The translations under genes and the position numbers were made by a program. The notes below the pieces were generated by a model that worked only from the letters and a program-made list of their open reading frames with translations, ran no database searches and had not been told where the DNA came from. A stretch of 64,000 nt of DNA from a virus. This document shows positions 47,357-56,510 of this stretch, piece after piece. How positions within the stretch are numbered: position 1 is the first letter of the stretch; each line of letters opens with the position of its first letter. Location: the IMG/VR virus record IMGVR_UViG_3300022074_000005. One strand, given 5' to 3'.

Positions 47357-47884
47357 TTAGAACACACTTTCTTGTACCAAGTCCTTAAACTCATCAACAA
47401 AGTCACTTACAAACCTAGGGTCTAGTAACTTTATATTTCTCAATTCATTTTGTCTAGCAACTTCATACTCATAATTTGTTATTGGTGTTGCCGATGGATA
47501 ATCATCATTTGTTATACCAACATCAATTTTTAATAATCTATCACCAGATGTTTCTGTTATTTCATAATGATGAATACCACTTATGTTAGTATATTTGTCT
47601 GCAACATATTTGTTAAATGCACCAGTAGTCATTGGCCATTGATGATATCTATCTGTTATGTCATTAAATAATAAAACAACCCAATGTAAGTTTACATTGT
47701 CATATAATCTATCAGCAATCATTTCTGGTGTTTCGCCTTCTCTTACAAAATAAGTATCAAACAAAGATGAGTTACTTCTAATATCACTACGAACCTTAAC
47801 TCGTCTTAATAGATTTTTTAATTCTTTAGGATTACCATCTCCAAGAGAGTCGTATTGTATAAATGGAAAATTATCAAAATACAT
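47357..47884 (-). CDS. gp53: baseplate wedge subunit (LysM-like)
   Basis: MYFDNFPFIQY, EGETPEMIADRLY..LHWVVLLFN, TNYEYE..N..RNIKLL. Confidence 0.92.
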   Translation of the reverse strand: MYFDNFPFIQYDSLGDGNPKELKNLLRRVKVRSDIRSNSSLFDTYFVREGETPEMIADRLYDNVNLHWVVLLFNDITDRYHQWPMTTGAFNKYVADKYTNISGIHHYEITETSGDRLLKIDVGITNDDYPSATPITNYEYEVARQNELRNIKLLDPRFVSDFVDEFKDLVQESVF

Positions 47885-47885
47885 C

Positions 47886-49082
47886 TTAGTAACCTTCTCT
47901 TATTCTTTCTCTTGTAATTAATTCTATCTCTGCAAAGTCTAAAGTTATTTGTGTCTCAACTGGTGGAGCACCTTCCTCGTTTGGTGTAAATGTTCTATAT
48001 CTATCACCACCATAACTCATTGTCATGTTTTCTAGATAACAAGTACTAATTTTTTGTAAGTACTCATTCTCTCTACCATTGTACATGTAAGCAATATCAA
48101 AAGTATTTGGTACTCTGAATTGTCTACCTGTACCTCCTACCATTTCTGGCACCATGTTAACTCTAAATGCGTATATGATTTTTCTTATCTCGTCTGCTTC
48201 TTCTTGAGATTTAGGTATCATTTTAAAACTAAATTGAAACTTTCTTTTTGCAAGACCTTTAAATGCTAATTCTAACCTGTCTGCTATAACCACACCTTGC
48301 GATGCCTCATATGCTTCTCTTGTTCCAGCAAAACCTGGTAATGCACCAATTGTTCCTAGTGCTGCTGTTTGCATAGTCTCTGATAACGCACCACCTAAAT
48401 TATCTAATGCGTTTTTAGTAACAGTACCAATATCTGTACCTGCCCTTACTTGGTCAAAAGCTTGCATACCTAATCTCGCACCAGCACCAATAGGTGTGTC
48501 TGCATAATCTGCTCTCGTAAAGTAGTTTGCACTAGGTGGCATGTATAAAGCAATCGCTGTATCTAATCTAACTGTTGGTGCTCTGTCAATGTATGCGTTG
48601 TATCCACCTTTGTAGTTTGTTGGCTGTTTTGTTTCATATCTAAAACCTGAGTCTGATTGATGACTTAAATTTAATTGTTCGTTAATGCCACTTGTATTAT
48701 TTGTTTTAGTTCTTACGTTACTATTTGGGTTTAATCTTGTAATATATTTTGGTATGTTTGCATTTTTCTTAGCTCTCTCAGCATCGGTCATTGCGTTACC
48801 ACTTCCACCACCAAACTTTAGTTCTGCACCTGCTTGTTCATTGATATAGAACATAACATAATGTCCTTGATTACCGACTCCTGGTCCACCTTCTACGTCT
48901 AATGGGAATGAAAAGTTTTTTGTTTTTCTTTTGCCAAATACTTCTGGTGGGGCAACACCTGGTCTTTGTTCATTTTTAGAACCAAAAACACCCTTTAAAG
49001 CACCACGTACTTTCTTTAATACAACACCAGACGCCGTTGAAACAACTGCACCCCCTATTGTAGATTTACTGAAAAAAGCCAT
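47886..49082 (-). CDS. gp48: baseplate tail tube cap
   Basis: IALYMP, RKFQFSFKMIPKSQEEA, ITLDFAEIELITRE. Confidence 0.88.
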   Translation of the reverse strand: MAFFSKSTIGGAVVSTASGVVLKKVRGALKGVFGSKNEQRPGVAPPEVFGKRKTKNFSFPLDVEGGPGVGNQGHYVMFYINEQAGAELKFGGGSGNAMTDAERAKKNANIPKYITRLNPNSNVRTKTNNTSGINEQLNLSHQSDSGFRYETKQPTNYKGGYNAYIDRAPTVRLDTAIALYMPPSANYFTRADYADTPIGAGARLGMQAFDQVRAGTDIGTVTKNALDNLGGALSETMQTAALGTIGALPGFAGTREAYEASQGVVIADRLELAFKGLAKRKFQFSFKMIPKSQEEADEIRKIIYAFRVNMVPEMVGGTGRQFRVPNTFDIAYMYNGRENEYLQKISTCYLENMTMSYGGDRYRTFTPNEEGAPPVETQITLDFAEIELITRERIREGY

Positions 49083-49111
49083 ATAAATATCCTTTGATAG
49101 TAATATTTATA
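49082..49111. promoter_or_regulatory. face-to-face late promoters for gp4 (+, 49082-89) and gp48 (-, 49104-11)
   Basis: TATAAATA on each strand. Confidence 0.75.
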
Positions 49112-49129
49112 TAGAAATGAGAAAATATA

Positions 49130-49576
49130 ATGGCATATAGTGGTCGATTTAAACCATCCAATCCTATAAAATACAAAGGTAACCCCATGAAGATTATATA
49201 TCGTTCTACATGGGAACTTAAACTTATGAAGTACTGCGACAATACAAAAGCGATTATTGAGTGGGGTAGTGAAGAAATATCAATACCATACTACTCACCA
49301 ATTGATGGCAAAATGCATAGGTACTTCCCTGACTTTTACATGAAAGTTAGACAAAAAGATAGAACAATAAAAAAATTTATAATAGAAGTTAAACCAAAGA
49401 AAGATTTAAAGGCACCAAGTGCAAATCCTAAACGTAGAACTAGACAGTGGTTTGTGTCATGTAAGACTTTTATCATAAACAAAGCAAAGTTTAGATATGC
49501 TGAGGAATACTGCACTAATAATGGTCTAGAATTCAAGATACTTACGGAAGACCATCTACAACCCAAGTATAAATAA
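49130..49576 (+). CDS. gp4: head completion nuclease-like protein
   Basis: YSGRFKPSNPIKYKG, YRSTWE, WGSEE, HRYFPDF, IEVKP. Confidence 0.93.
   Translation: MAYSGRFKPSNPIKYKGNPMKIIYRSTWELKLMKYCDNTKAIIEWGSEEISIPYYSPIDGKMHRYFPDFYMKVRQKDRTIKKFIIEVKPKKDLKAPSANPKRRTRQWFVSCKTFIINKAKFRYAEEYCTNNGLEFKILTEDHLQPKYK
49568..49575 (+). promoter_or_regulatory. T4-type late promoter for gp2
   Basis: TATAAATA overlapping gp4 stop. Confidence 0.65.
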
Positions 49577-49581
49577 TACAT

Positions 49582-50139
49582 ATGGCACAAAGTAAATACA
49601 TTCAAGCCGTAAAAGCTGCGGCAGGTGGAAAACCTAGGTCTACTGCATGGTTTCGTAATAAGATAAAAGAGTTTGGAACACCAACTCAATCACAACTTAT
49701 TAGAGACGGTAAAGTAACAGCAAGACCTAACTTTGGTAGATTAAATCTATTTGTATATGACCCAAAGATGAAAAAGGAACTACCATATTATGATACTTTT
49801 CCTTTGATACTTCCTATTGAAAAATATAGTGATGGGTTTTTAGGAATAAATTTACACTATTTGCCAATGAATTTAAGAGTAAGATTATTAGATAGATTAG
49901 TTGATTTTACTAATAATAATAAGTTTGATAATACAACAAGGATTGTTGCTGATTATAATAAATTAAAAAGAGTGAGATTAATAAAACCAGCAATAAAGAG
50001 ATATTTAAATGCAAAAGTTAAATCTAGATTTAGAAGAATTGACGCTGATGAGTTTACTATCGCAACTTTATTACCAGTTGCTAGATTTAAGAAAGCAAGT
50101 ATTCAACAAGTACATAGAGATTCGAGGGGAATGATCTAA
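49582..50139 (+). CDS. gp2: DNA end protector protein
   Basis: YDPKMKKELPYYDTFPL, GFLGINLHYLP, IKRYL. Confidence 0.92.
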   Translation: MAQSKYIQAVKAAAGGKPRSTAWFRNKIKEFGTPTQSQLIRDGKVTARPNFGRLNLFVYDPKMKKELPYYDTFPLILPIEKYSDGFLGINLHYLPMNLRVRLLDRLVDFTNNNKFDNTTRIVADYNKLKRVRLIKPAIKRYLNAKVKSRFRRIDADEFTIATLLPVARFKKASIQQVHRDSRGMI

Positions 50140-50855
50140 TGGCAAGAAGTTCTTTACTAGACGGCTTCGCATACGGAGTCTTAAATGAAATTATAGCAAC
50201 ATTTAGAGAGCAAGATGGTGGATACTCTAGACCAGCACGTTACGAAGTAATTATTGGTCCACCAAAAACACAAACAACTGAAACTCTTAATTTAAAAGCA
50301 TATACAGATTTTTTAAAAGAGAATAAAAAGATTGTTAGAAAAACTTCTCTTGAAATGACACAAATAGCATTTCCAGCAATGACTTTAGAAAGTCAAGAAG
50401 ATACAAACATCTACGGTCCACCAAGAAAAATAGTGACTGGTCAAACATTTGCTGAAGTAGCAACTAATATTAGATGTAGTGCTGACATGGCAGAAAAACA
50501 ATTCATGGATGCTTGGCAAAGAATAGCAGCTAACAGACATGATTTTTCTGTAGGATATTATGCTGACTATGTTGGTAACATACAAATATTTCAGTTAGAT
50601 CAAGAAAACAAAAGAAGATTTGGAATAGAATTAGTCGAGTGTTATCCAGCAACAGTTGGTGAGATTGCTCTAGACTATGGAGCAACAAACTCTATATCTG
50701 TATTACCTGTAACATGGGCATATAGATATTGGAAAAACTTAACAGATGAAGCAGAATTACCGAGACCATTACTTGAAAGAATTGGTGATGTGTTCGTTAA
50801 TACAGTAGAAAGACAATTAAGAAGTAGGATTCCTGCTGTTTTAAGAAAATTGTAA
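50139..50855 (+). CDS. gp54: baseplate tail tube initiator (gp54/gp19-like)
   Basis: SRPARYEV, YYADYVG..I.QLD, ECYPATV, VTWAYRYW; between gp2 and gp26. Confidence 0.78.
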   Translation: MARSSLLDGFAYGVLNEIIATFREQDGGYSRPARYEVIIGPPKTQTTETLNLKAYTDFLKENKKIVRKTSLEMTQIAFPAMTLESQEDTNIYGPPRKIVTGQTFAEVATNIRCSADMAEKQFMDAWQRIAANRHDFSVGYYADYVGNIQIFQLDQENKRRFGIELVECYPATVGEIALDYGATNSISVLPVTWAYRYWKNLTDEAELPRPLLERIGDVFVNTVERQLRSRIPAVLRKL

Positions 50856-50882
50856 TCGTTATAACATAGGAGGTGAAAAATT

Positions 50883-51593
50883 ATGGCATTACCTAAACTA
50901 GAAAACCCAACTTATACTTTGAAGTTACCCTCAACAGGTGAAACAATAAAGTATAGACCGTTCCTTGTAAAAGAACAAAAGATACTTTTACTTGCAACTG
51001 AGGGTAAAGAACAAAATCTAAAAGATGTTGTCAACGCAATAAAAGGATTGATTAAAGGTTGTACTTTTGATTCTATCAATGTTGATGAGGCACCTCTATT
51101 TGATATAGAGTATATCTTTTTAAAACTACGTGCAAAATCAGTAGGGGAAACTGCAAAAGTAAGTGTTTTATGCCCCGATGATAATGAGACTAGAGAACTT
51201 GTAGAAGTTAATCTTGATGAGATAGAACCAATCGTTGATGAAGGTCACACTAATATGATAAATATTACTGATACTATTAAGATTGAAATGGGCTATCCTA
51301 CATTATCTGATTTTGAAAAAGGTTTCTCAACAGATGATACAGATGCAGCTCTTGAATTAGTTAAGACATGTATTGGTACAATATCTGAAGGTGAGAAATT
51401 ATATAACAAAGTTGATTATACTGAAAAAGAATTAGACGACTTCGTTGGTTCTTTTAATACTGAACAACTTGGTAAGATTATGAGTTTCTTTGCAACTATG
51501 CCGACATTAAAAACAGTTGTAAAAGTGACTAATCCTAAGACCAAGGTTGATAGTGAAGTTGTGGTACAAGGCTTACAAAGTTTTTTAGCATAG
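50883..51593 (+). CDS. gp26: baseplate hub assembly chaperone
   Basis: MALPKL..PTY.L.LPSTG..IKYRPFLVKEQKILL, DIEYIFLKLRAKSVGE, FFATMP. Confidence 0.92.
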   Translation: MALPKLENPTYTLKLPSTGETIKYRPFLVKEQKILLLATEGKEQNLKDVVNAIKGLIKGCTFDSINVDEAPLFDIEYIFLKLRAKSVGETAKVSVLCPDDNETRELVEVNLDEIEPIVDEGHTNMINITDTIKIEMGYPTLSDFEKGFSTDDTDAALELVKTCIGTISEGEKLYNKVDYTEKELDDFVGSFNTEQLGKIMSFFATMPTLKTVVKVTNPKTKVDSEVVVQGLQSFLA

Positions 51594-51787
51594 GCCTTTC
51601 TCACGACTCTATAACGAACTACTTTAAAACCAACTTTGGTTTGATGCAACATCATAAGTATTCGTTAACAGAGTTAGAAAACATGATGCCGTGGGAAAGG
51701 GAAGTTTACTTGACAATGTTATTAGAATATATAAAAGAAGAGAATAGAAAACAAAGAGAAGAACAAGCGAGAAATAAAAATGGATAA
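51581..51787 (+). CDS. gp51: baseplate hub assembly catalyst (gp51-like); -1 frame relative to gp26, first ATG at 51644
   Basis: Open frame FFSIGLSHDSITNYFKTNFGLMQHHKYSLTELENMMPWEREVY...; not in ORF track. Confidence 0.85.
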   Translation, partial: FFSIGLSHDSITNYFKTNFGLMQHHKYSLTELENMMPWEREVYLTMLLEYIKEENRKQREEQARNKNG

Positions 51788-52097
51788 AGTAAAAGTAAAA
51801 GAGACCAGTAAAGAGTATGAAGTAAGTAAAGAAGACTTAATACCTGCCTCACCAGAGGAAGAGAAAACATGGTATAATCAAACTGCTGGTGTATTAGATA
51901 GATTTAGATTAATCCCTAGACTTATTATGTTAGCATACATATATGCCTTCTACAAATCAATCACTTGGTTTATGACATTACCAGAACCTACAAACTCACA
52001 AGCGATGTTTATATCAACTATCGTTGGTGCAGGTGCAGCTTTCTTTGGGTTATATGTTGGAAAACCTGGTGCATCACTTCCTAAAGGTAAAAAATAA
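51780..52097 (+). CDS. two-TM membrane protein (holin-like topology)
   Basis: RLIPRLIMLAYIYAFY and FISTIVGAGAAFFGLYV hydrophobic segments. Confidence 0.65.
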   Translation: MDKVKVKETSKEYEVSKEDLIPASPEEEKTWYNQTAGVLDRFRLIPRLIMLAYIYAFYKSITWFMTLPEPTNSQAMFISTIVGAGAAFFGLYVGKPGASLPKGKK

Positions 52098-53962
52098 TGG
52101 TCGTAGCAACTGGCGCAGCTGGAACAGATTTAAAAGACACATTAGGGTCTTTGACTAAATCTATTCAAAAACAGAATACTATGGCTGAAGAACAAAAGAA
52201 AAAGTCAGCTGCACAATCAAGAAAAAAACTAGAAGTTTCTGACACAAAAGCAAAAGAGGCACTTGATAAACTAAAAAATCAAATTGCTAACTCATCTGGT
52301 GAACAAAAAACACAATTAGAAGAACAATTAAAAGCTGCAAAAGAAGCTGCATCAATGGCTTCTATGGATTTAAAATCTAATACAGATGCAAGAAGTCTAG
52401 AACTAAAACAACAAAGAGAACAAACTATTATTGCTCGTCAAGCACAAGGTATCAGTCTAGAACAATTACAAGAAGATAGAAAAATTAAAGAAGATATAAC
52501 GGCACAAAAAGCTGCACTTGCTAAGTTAAGTGAAAACTCTGACTTATCTACTGAACAGTTGAAAAAGACAAATGCATATCAACAAACTCAAGACAGAATA
52601 GATAGAGCAGAAAAAAGATTAGAGAATAGACAGAATAGACGAATTCAAATGAATAACTTAAAACAAACTCTGTCATTAGGTAAGATGGTAAAGGGATTTA
52701 AAAATTTACCAAATGCATTTGTTGGTGGAATAAAAAAACTAGGCGTAGGTGCAAAAGATAAAATCATGAGTGGTTTAATGCCAGCACTTAAAACTGCAGC
52801 CTTTATAGGATTTCTTGTTGCATTTAAAAAATTTCTTGATAGTCCTTTTTATGAAAGTACAAAAGAATTTATAGTAAATAAAGTGGTGCCTTTCATAGCA
52901 GGTACATTTAACGTAATAAAAGATATATTTAAATTCTTATTCTTCAAGGATGGTGTTAATGGTATAGGATTAAGACCTGCAATAGCAGCTATCACAACTT
53001 TCTTTACTGAAACAGTTCCACAAAAATTTGAGGATGCCAAAAAAGCAATCACTAATTTTTTTGTTGGTGAGGATGGTGAAAGTGGTTTGATTGGTGGAAT
53101 AAAAGGATTCTTTAATGATGTAAAAGGTTTCTTTACTAAAACTATACCAGAGAAGATAGAACAAGTCAAGACAAAAATTACAGACTTCTTTACTGGTGAG
53201 GAAGGTATTATAACAAAAATTATAGAGTTTTTTAAATTTGACTTCGAATCACTAAAAGCAACAATTAAAGATAACTTTAATGTAGAGAGTTTTTTTGATA
53301 TAGTGTTTATGCCTTACGATGCTGCCATAAAAGCATTGATGGGTTTCTTTGGTTTCAACAAGGAAGATATAGAAGCGTTTTCACTAAAAGACTTGATAAC
53401 TGATACTGTAAAAAGTGTAGGAAAATTCTTTAAAGACATATTTAGTTTTGATAGTGAATCTATGATAGGTGATCTAAAAGGTAAGATAGCAGATATGGGT
53501 CTCATATTAAAAGCGATGACTAAAGGCTCCATCGCAGCTGCAAAAGCAATCGGACCTGGTGGTGAAAGCCCAGCAGAAGCCTATAAAAGAGTTTACAATG
53601 AGACTATGGCAACTGGCGAAAGTCAGTTAGATACTGCTGGCACAGGTGATGCTCAGATCGCAGAACAAATCGCAGCTGAAGCTAAAGAGGGCGGAATAGT
53701 AAAAACAGTAACTACATCCTCAGGTTCAGCATTCATACAAGGTCCAGGTGCTAAAGAAATGATAGCTGCCATGGAACGTGTTAATGGTACTTCTCAACAA
53801 TTAAATGGTGAAATGGCAGCTAACGCTTCAGGTTCTACTCAAACGCAACCAGCTGTGATACAAGTTGTTGATGCTAAATCAAATAATAATTCACAAACTA
53901 ATAATACAGTTGTAAGTAAAACAGTAACAGATAACGACCCTATTCTTGAGGCTGCTTTTTAA
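52097..53962 (+). CDS. tape measure protein (gp29-like)
   Basis: N-terminal coiled coil, central amphipathic xxFF repeats, NNNSQTNN C-terminus; after gp26/gp51. Confidence 0.7.
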   Translation: MVVATGAAGTDLKDTLGSLTKSIQKQNTMAEEQKKKSAAQSRKKLEVSDTKAKEALDKLKNQIANSSGEQKTQLEEQLKAAKEAASMASMDLKSNTDARSLELKQQREQTIIARQAQGISLEQLQEDRKIKEDITAQKAALAKLSENSDLSTEQLKKTNAYQQTQDRIDRAEKRLENRQNRRIQMNNLKQTLSLGKMVKGFKNLPNAFVGGIKKLGVGAKDKIMSGLMPALKTAAFIGFLVAFKKFLDSPFYESTKEFIVNKVVPFIAGTFNVIKDIFKFLFFKDGVNGIGLRPAIAAITTFFTETVPQKFEDAKKAITNFFVGEDGESGLIGGIKGFFNDVKGFFTKTIPEKIEQVKTKITDFFTGEEGIITKIIEFFKFDFESLKATIKDNFNVESFFDIVFMPYDAAIKALMGFFGFNKEDIEAFSLKDLITDTVKSVGKFFKDIFSFDSESMIGDLKGKIADMGLILKAMTKGSIAAAKAIGPGGESPAEAYKRVYNETMATGESQLDTAGTGDAQIAEQIAAEAKEGGIVKTVTTSSGSAFIQGPGAKEMIAAMERVNGTSQQLNGEMAANASGSTQTQPAVIQVVDAKSNNNSQTNNTVVSKTVTDNDPILEAAF

Positions 53963-54551
53963 TATCAACTATAGCAGAGTTTTGTAGATTTCTTTCTACA
54001 TCCCAAAAAGTATTTCTAAGATTACCTGCAACCATTATTCTTTCGCCATCTACAGGTTTAACTTCATGAGTTATATGACCAGGAAAAACTATTAGATCGC
54101 CAGGTTTAGGATTGTATTCACAATTAGCTGTAGGAAAAACTATTGGTGCATACTCTGGTACTTTTATATAATAACCAAATGCATATTGATATAACCAATG
54201 TCTATGTGGTTTAGCATTTGTTTTTTCTTTATAGTGTACACCCCACATTTCATGACACTCAAATTTTGTTTTAGATAATTCTTTACTAATCTCTTCAGCA
54301 AGTTTACAGGCTCTCTCTGCAATCCAAGCATATGATACACTTTCTTTATGCATGTACCAGTTTGTCATTTTTGGATTTAGTTTATTTCGTATTGTATTTG
54401 ATTTTTCTATTGTAGTCAAACCTAAATCTACGTGTAAAGGTACCTCTTCTACTCCATTAATAGTAGGTCTTGTTATCTTTGCAAACATGGCATCTTCGTA
54501 AAAATTACGAACACCAAAGGGATATTTTTCTGTTGCCTCAATATACTTCAT
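53940..54551 (-). CDS. putative 2OG-Fe(II) oxygenase (paralog of 36154-36780)
   Basis: MTNWYMHK, HRHW..YAFGYY, GDLIVFPGH..HEV, ERIMVAGNL. Confidence 0.8.
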   Translation of the reverse strand: MKYIEATEKYPFGVRNFYEDAMFAKITRPTINGVEEVPLHVDLGLTTIEKSNTIRNKLNPKMTNWYMHKESVSYAWIAERACKLAEEISKELSKTKFECHEMWGVHYKEKTNAKPHRHWLYQYAFGYYIKVPEYAPIVFPTANCEYNPKPGDLIVFPGHITHEVKPVDGERIMVAGNLRNTFWDVERNLQNSAIVDIKKQPQE

Positions 54552-54572
54552 TTGCTATTTTAATTATCCTAT

Positions 54573-54597
54573 AAAAAAAGGGGGCCGAAGCCCCCTC
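54573..54597 (-). terminator. rho-independent terminator with C(UUCG)G tetraloop
   Basis: AGGGGGC-TTCG-GCCCCCT followed by T-run on minus. Confidence 0.9.
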
Positions 54598-54622
54598 TTG
54601 AGTTCAACATCTACAAGTTGAA

Positions 54623-54955
54623 TTATGCGCTGTAAGCTACTTGCTTACCGAACACTTTGTTGATACCTGCAGCGATAATCGCTTTAGAAGGTGTACCAAC
54701 TCTGTAAGAAACACCTTTTGCTGATCTATTTTCATAAATCATCATACCTTCGTTTCTTAATTTTCCAACCATTGCAGCTGGAGATTTAAGATCGAACTTG
54801 TTTCTTAAAGATTTCCACGTTACATCAGCACCTGTATTAAATAGGTTTCTGATTTTTGTAGTTTTGCTTAGTGCTTGTCTACCCATGATATAGTCTCCTT
54901 TAGACGTTTTTTGGTTCTCTACTGAGAACAGTTTGTTTAGAAAGTTTATCATCAT
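54623..54955 (-). CDS. small winged-helix-like DNA-binding hypothetical protein
   Basis: Basic; VTWKSLRNKFDLKSPAAMVGKLRNEG...YRVG; two in-frame starts with SDs (54955, 54886). Confidence 0.65.
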   Translation of the reverse strand: MMINFLNKLFSVENQKTSKGDYIMGRQALSKTTKIRNLFNTGADVTWKSLRNKFDLKSPAAMVGKLRNEGMMIYENRSAKGVSYRVGTPSKAIIAAGINKVFGKQVAYSA

Positions 54956-54981
54956 TTCGCCTTTCTCTGTTATTTGTATTA

Positions 54982-55010
54982 AATATACACGGTATAGATG
55001 ATATTGTCAA
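54982..55010 (-). promoter_or_regulatory. sigma70-like promoter
   Basis: TAACCCTTGACA-17 bp-TATATT. Confidence 0.75.
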
Positions 55011-55033
55011 GGGTTAATTTTTCCTTGATTTTC

Positions 55034-55897
55034 CTACTGATTTGCCAGTTTTTCAAAGTAATTCATCGTATCATCGTCTTGACTCTTAGTAATAGGAGCC
55101 TCTTTCGATTCTACAGGTGTCTCACTTTGTATATCCTCTGCGACATTACCGACCACAGTTTTACCACTTAAAACAATGTCAAGTCTAGTTTTCAACTCGT
55201 CATATGATTTAAAGTTATCTGCAGCTGTAAACTCTTTTAGAGCATATGCTTTTTGACATACAGCCTCTACTTTTGCCTCGTCTTCAAATAGTTTAGAAGA
55301 TGATTCAAAATCTGAAGTATCGTAATTCCAAAAACCAGCGACCTTTCTAATCTTTAATTTAAAGTTAGCGCCACTAAATGGGTCAAATGGATTTACGGGT
55401 TGTTCATCTTGAAACTCTGGTTGCATTGCAGCCAAAAGTTTATCATATATTTTCTTACCATATCTGAATAAGAATACCTTACCTTCATTGTGAGGATTTT
55501 TAGGGTCTGTCACTACATAAACGTTAGAGTAGTATTGTAACTTTCTCTTTTGTTTTCTAGCGATCTCTTTATCAGATTCAGCACCTGTGTTCCACAAAGC
55601 AGTATTATACTCTGATACTGGGTCTTTCTGATTAACAGTAGTTAATGAATTTTCAATATACCACTGACCAGTTGGACCTTGAAAGGCATGTGAATATACT
55701 TTTGCCCAAGGTAGTTCTTCACCATGAACTGCTGGTAAGAATCTTAGGACAGCATAACCATTGCCAGATTTATCTAACTCTGGTTTCCACAATCTCTCGT
55801 CTGTATATGATTTTTTTTCTTGAGGTTTATTCTCTTCTTGAACTGCACCTAGCAATTTATCTAGAGAATTATTTTTACGTATGTTTTCTAATGACAT
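55034..55897 (-). CDS. gp32: single-stranded DNA-binding protein
   Basis: DKSGNGYAVLRFLPA, GQWYIENSLTT, YGKKIYDK, GANFKLKIRKV, acidic tail. Confidence 0.97.
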   Translation of the reverse strand: MSLENIRKNNSLDKLLGAVQEENKPQEKKSYTDERLWKPELDKSGNGYAVLRFLPAVHGEELPWAKVYSHAFQGPTGQWYIENSLTTVNQKDPVSEYNTALWNTGAESDKEIARKQKRKLQYYSNVYVVTDPKNPHNEGKVFLFRYGKKIYDKLLAAMQPEFQDEQPVNPFDPFSGANFKLKIRKVAGFWNYDTSDFESSSKLFEDEAKVEAVCQKAYALKEFTAADNFKSYDELKTRLDIVLSGKTVVGNVAEDIQSETPVESKEAPITKSQDDDTMNYFEKLANQ

Positions 55898-55934
55898 TTT
55901 ATTGTCTCCTTATGTGAACGTATGTTATCGTATG

Positions 55935-56510
55935 TTAATTTGTATTATTATTTATACAAGTTATAAGTGTCATTCTACACTTTTCCTTGTCTATTGTCAA
56001 GAACTTTTTATAGCAATCCATAAGATTTTTTATGTCTGTCCATATTAAGTCTTCTTGCCAATTCTTTTGATATTGAACTAATTCATCCAATATAATCATT
56101 GTTTCTAATGAAACTCTTTTACCTAGATACTCTCTTAATAATAAAGGGTGTGTATCTTTCCACTCAAATAACTCTTCAAATCTATCTGTATATGGTTCTA
56201 TCTCATTCTTAAAAGTATATGTAAGTGATTCTGTTCTTTTTTTCCAATCTGCATAATATTGATCTTCAAACTTTCCTACCCATCCACCTTTGACTATTAT
56301 ATAATTTGATACAAAGTAATCTTCTATCTCTTTTTTAGTCTTTAGTTTTCTGGCTAGTCTTGCAAAGAAAAATCTATCTTTTCTTTTATAGAAACTATCT
56401 CTCTTTATTTTAGTCTTACCAGCAAACTTATGGTAATCATATTTGTTTTTAGAGAAGTGAGCTTTGATTGCACAATATGTTAGATATACATCAGCTGCAT
56501 CTATTGCCAC
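55935..56510 (-). CDS. gp59: helicase loader
   Basis: YCAIKAHF..YDYHKF.GK, FYKRKDRFFF, HPLLLREYL..VSLET. Confidence 0.9.
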   Translation of the reverse strand: MAIDAADVYLTYCAIKAHFSKNKYDYHKFAGKTKIKRDSFYKRKDRFFFARLARKLKTKKEIEDYFVSNYIIVKGGWVGKFEDQYYADWKKRTESLTYTFKNEIEPYTDRFEELFEWKDTHPLLLREYLGKRVSLETMIILDELVQYQKNWQEDLIWTDIKNLMDCYKKFLTIDKEKCRMTLITCINNNTN

